Assembly (NCBI GenBank): GCA_029564465.1
Contig: JAKQPY010000096.1
Span: 15,025 to 79,024, forward strand
Reading direction: 5' to 3'
DNA length: 64,000 nt
DNA from: Bacteroidota bacterium
GTDB taxonomy: Bacteria > Bacteroidota > Bacteroidia > Bacteroidales > ML635J-15
Notes under the pieces: generated by a model
What the model saw: only the letters and a program-made list of their open reading frames with translations
Database searches by the model: none
What the model was told of the DNA's origin: nothing
Translations under genes and position numbers: made by a program
Shown here: positions 63,457-64,000 of the stretch, in pieces
How positions within the stretch are numbered: position 1 is the stretch's first letter
Layout: each line of letters begins with the position of its first letter

Positions 63457-64000
63457 ATGAAACTCAAAACAATTTTATTAATAATAGCTTACCTGTGTAT
63501 TGCTAATGCGGTATTTACACAGGTAACAGGTAGTGTAAGCTACCGCGATGGAGGAAAGATTGTGCCACTTTCGGGTGCAAACGTATATTGGTACGCAACC
63601 CAAATTGGCACTGTGACCGATGTTTCCGGCAAATTTATCATCGAAAAACCTGAAAACGCCCGTTTGTTGATTGTGAGTTACGTGGGTTTTACCACCGATA
63701 CTATTGCGATAAACCGAAAAACTCAACATATAGAGGTCGTGCTGACTGAGAGTAACCTGCTCGATGAAGTTACTGTGGGTGAACGTGCTAACACAACTAC
63801 TTTCGACAGGCTTGATCCGCTGGTAACCCAGAAAATTAATGATGGCGAACTGAAGCAGGCCGCGTGTTGCAATTTGGGCGAAAGCTTCGAAACCAATGCT
63901 TCGGTTGATGCAGCCTACAGTGACGCAGGTACCGGTGCCAAGCAGATTAAACTGCTGGGTTTAAGCGGCCGCTATGTGCAAATGATGACCGAAAACATCC
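63457..64000 (+). CDS. TonB-dependent receptor (N-terminal part; continues beyond window)
   Basis: Own translation from ATG 63457: MKLKTILLIIAYLCIANAVFTQVTGSVSYRDGG... gives a signal peptide and a CarboxypepD_reg-like domain. This is followed by ELKQAACCNLGESFETNASVDAAYSDAGTGAKQIKLLGLSGRY, typical of a Bacteroidota TBDR plug region. Confidence 0.75.
   Translation, partial: MKLKTILLIIAYLCIANAVFTQVTGSVSYRDGGKIVPLSGANVYWYATQIGTVTDVSGKFIIEKPENARLLIVSYVGFTTDTIAINRKTQHIEVVLTESNLLDEVTVGERANTTTFDRLDPLVTQKINDGELKQAACCNLGESFETNASVDAAYSDAGTGAKQIKLLGLSGRYVQMMTENI

Noticed and set aside
63478-63729. 83-aa minus-strand ORF
   Set aside because: It is antisense to the N-terminus of the TonB-dependent receptor, which has a signal peptide, a CarboxypepD_reg-like domain and a plug motif on the plus strand.

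Overview
This is a chromosomal segment with the hallmarks of an anaerobic Bacteroidota (Bacteroidia-like) genome. Supporting signs are T9SS cargo proteins with type A and type B C-terminal domains, a PorP/SprF gene, sigma/FecR/STN modules, a TonB-dependent receptor, and TTTG..TAnnTTTG promoter boxes. I call about 57 protein genes and 3 tRNAs (Leu-CAG, Gly-GCC, Leu-TAA). I found no integrase, transposase, reverse transcriptase, cas gene or CRISPR array.

Most of the window is housekeeping or envelope biology: DnaQ-like exonuclease, phosphoglucomutase, YjbQ, LptD, amidase, MCE protein, OsmC, SucAB, HutU, Nif3 with a zinc-ribbon partner, TlpA-like thioredoxins, and large secreted repeat proteins.

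The outstanding region is a tightly packed 12-gene plus-strand cluster at 25509-39177. It encodes a NuoE/NuoF/HydA-like trimer whose H-cluster domain has non-canonical active-site motifs. It also encodes a sensory-type [FeFe]-hydrogenase domain fused directly to a histidine kinase, a REC-only protein, a REC-kinase hybrid, the NADH sensor Rex, a RibF-like protein with an apparently degenerate kinase domain, and Ugd. A second sensory module follows: a small [2Fe-2S] protein, an H-domain-PAS protein and a PP2C phosphatase.

Secondary points of interest:
- An ECF sigma/FecR operon (39367-44511) whose STN-domain outer-membrane partner is not a TonB-dependent transporter but a 16-residue-repeat protein.
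- A 764-bp non-coding island (16419-17182) holding three different repeat types.
- A divergently arranged T9SS type-B cargo/PorP/OmpA triad.

All protein family calls rest on by-eye motif recognition. No database search was run.
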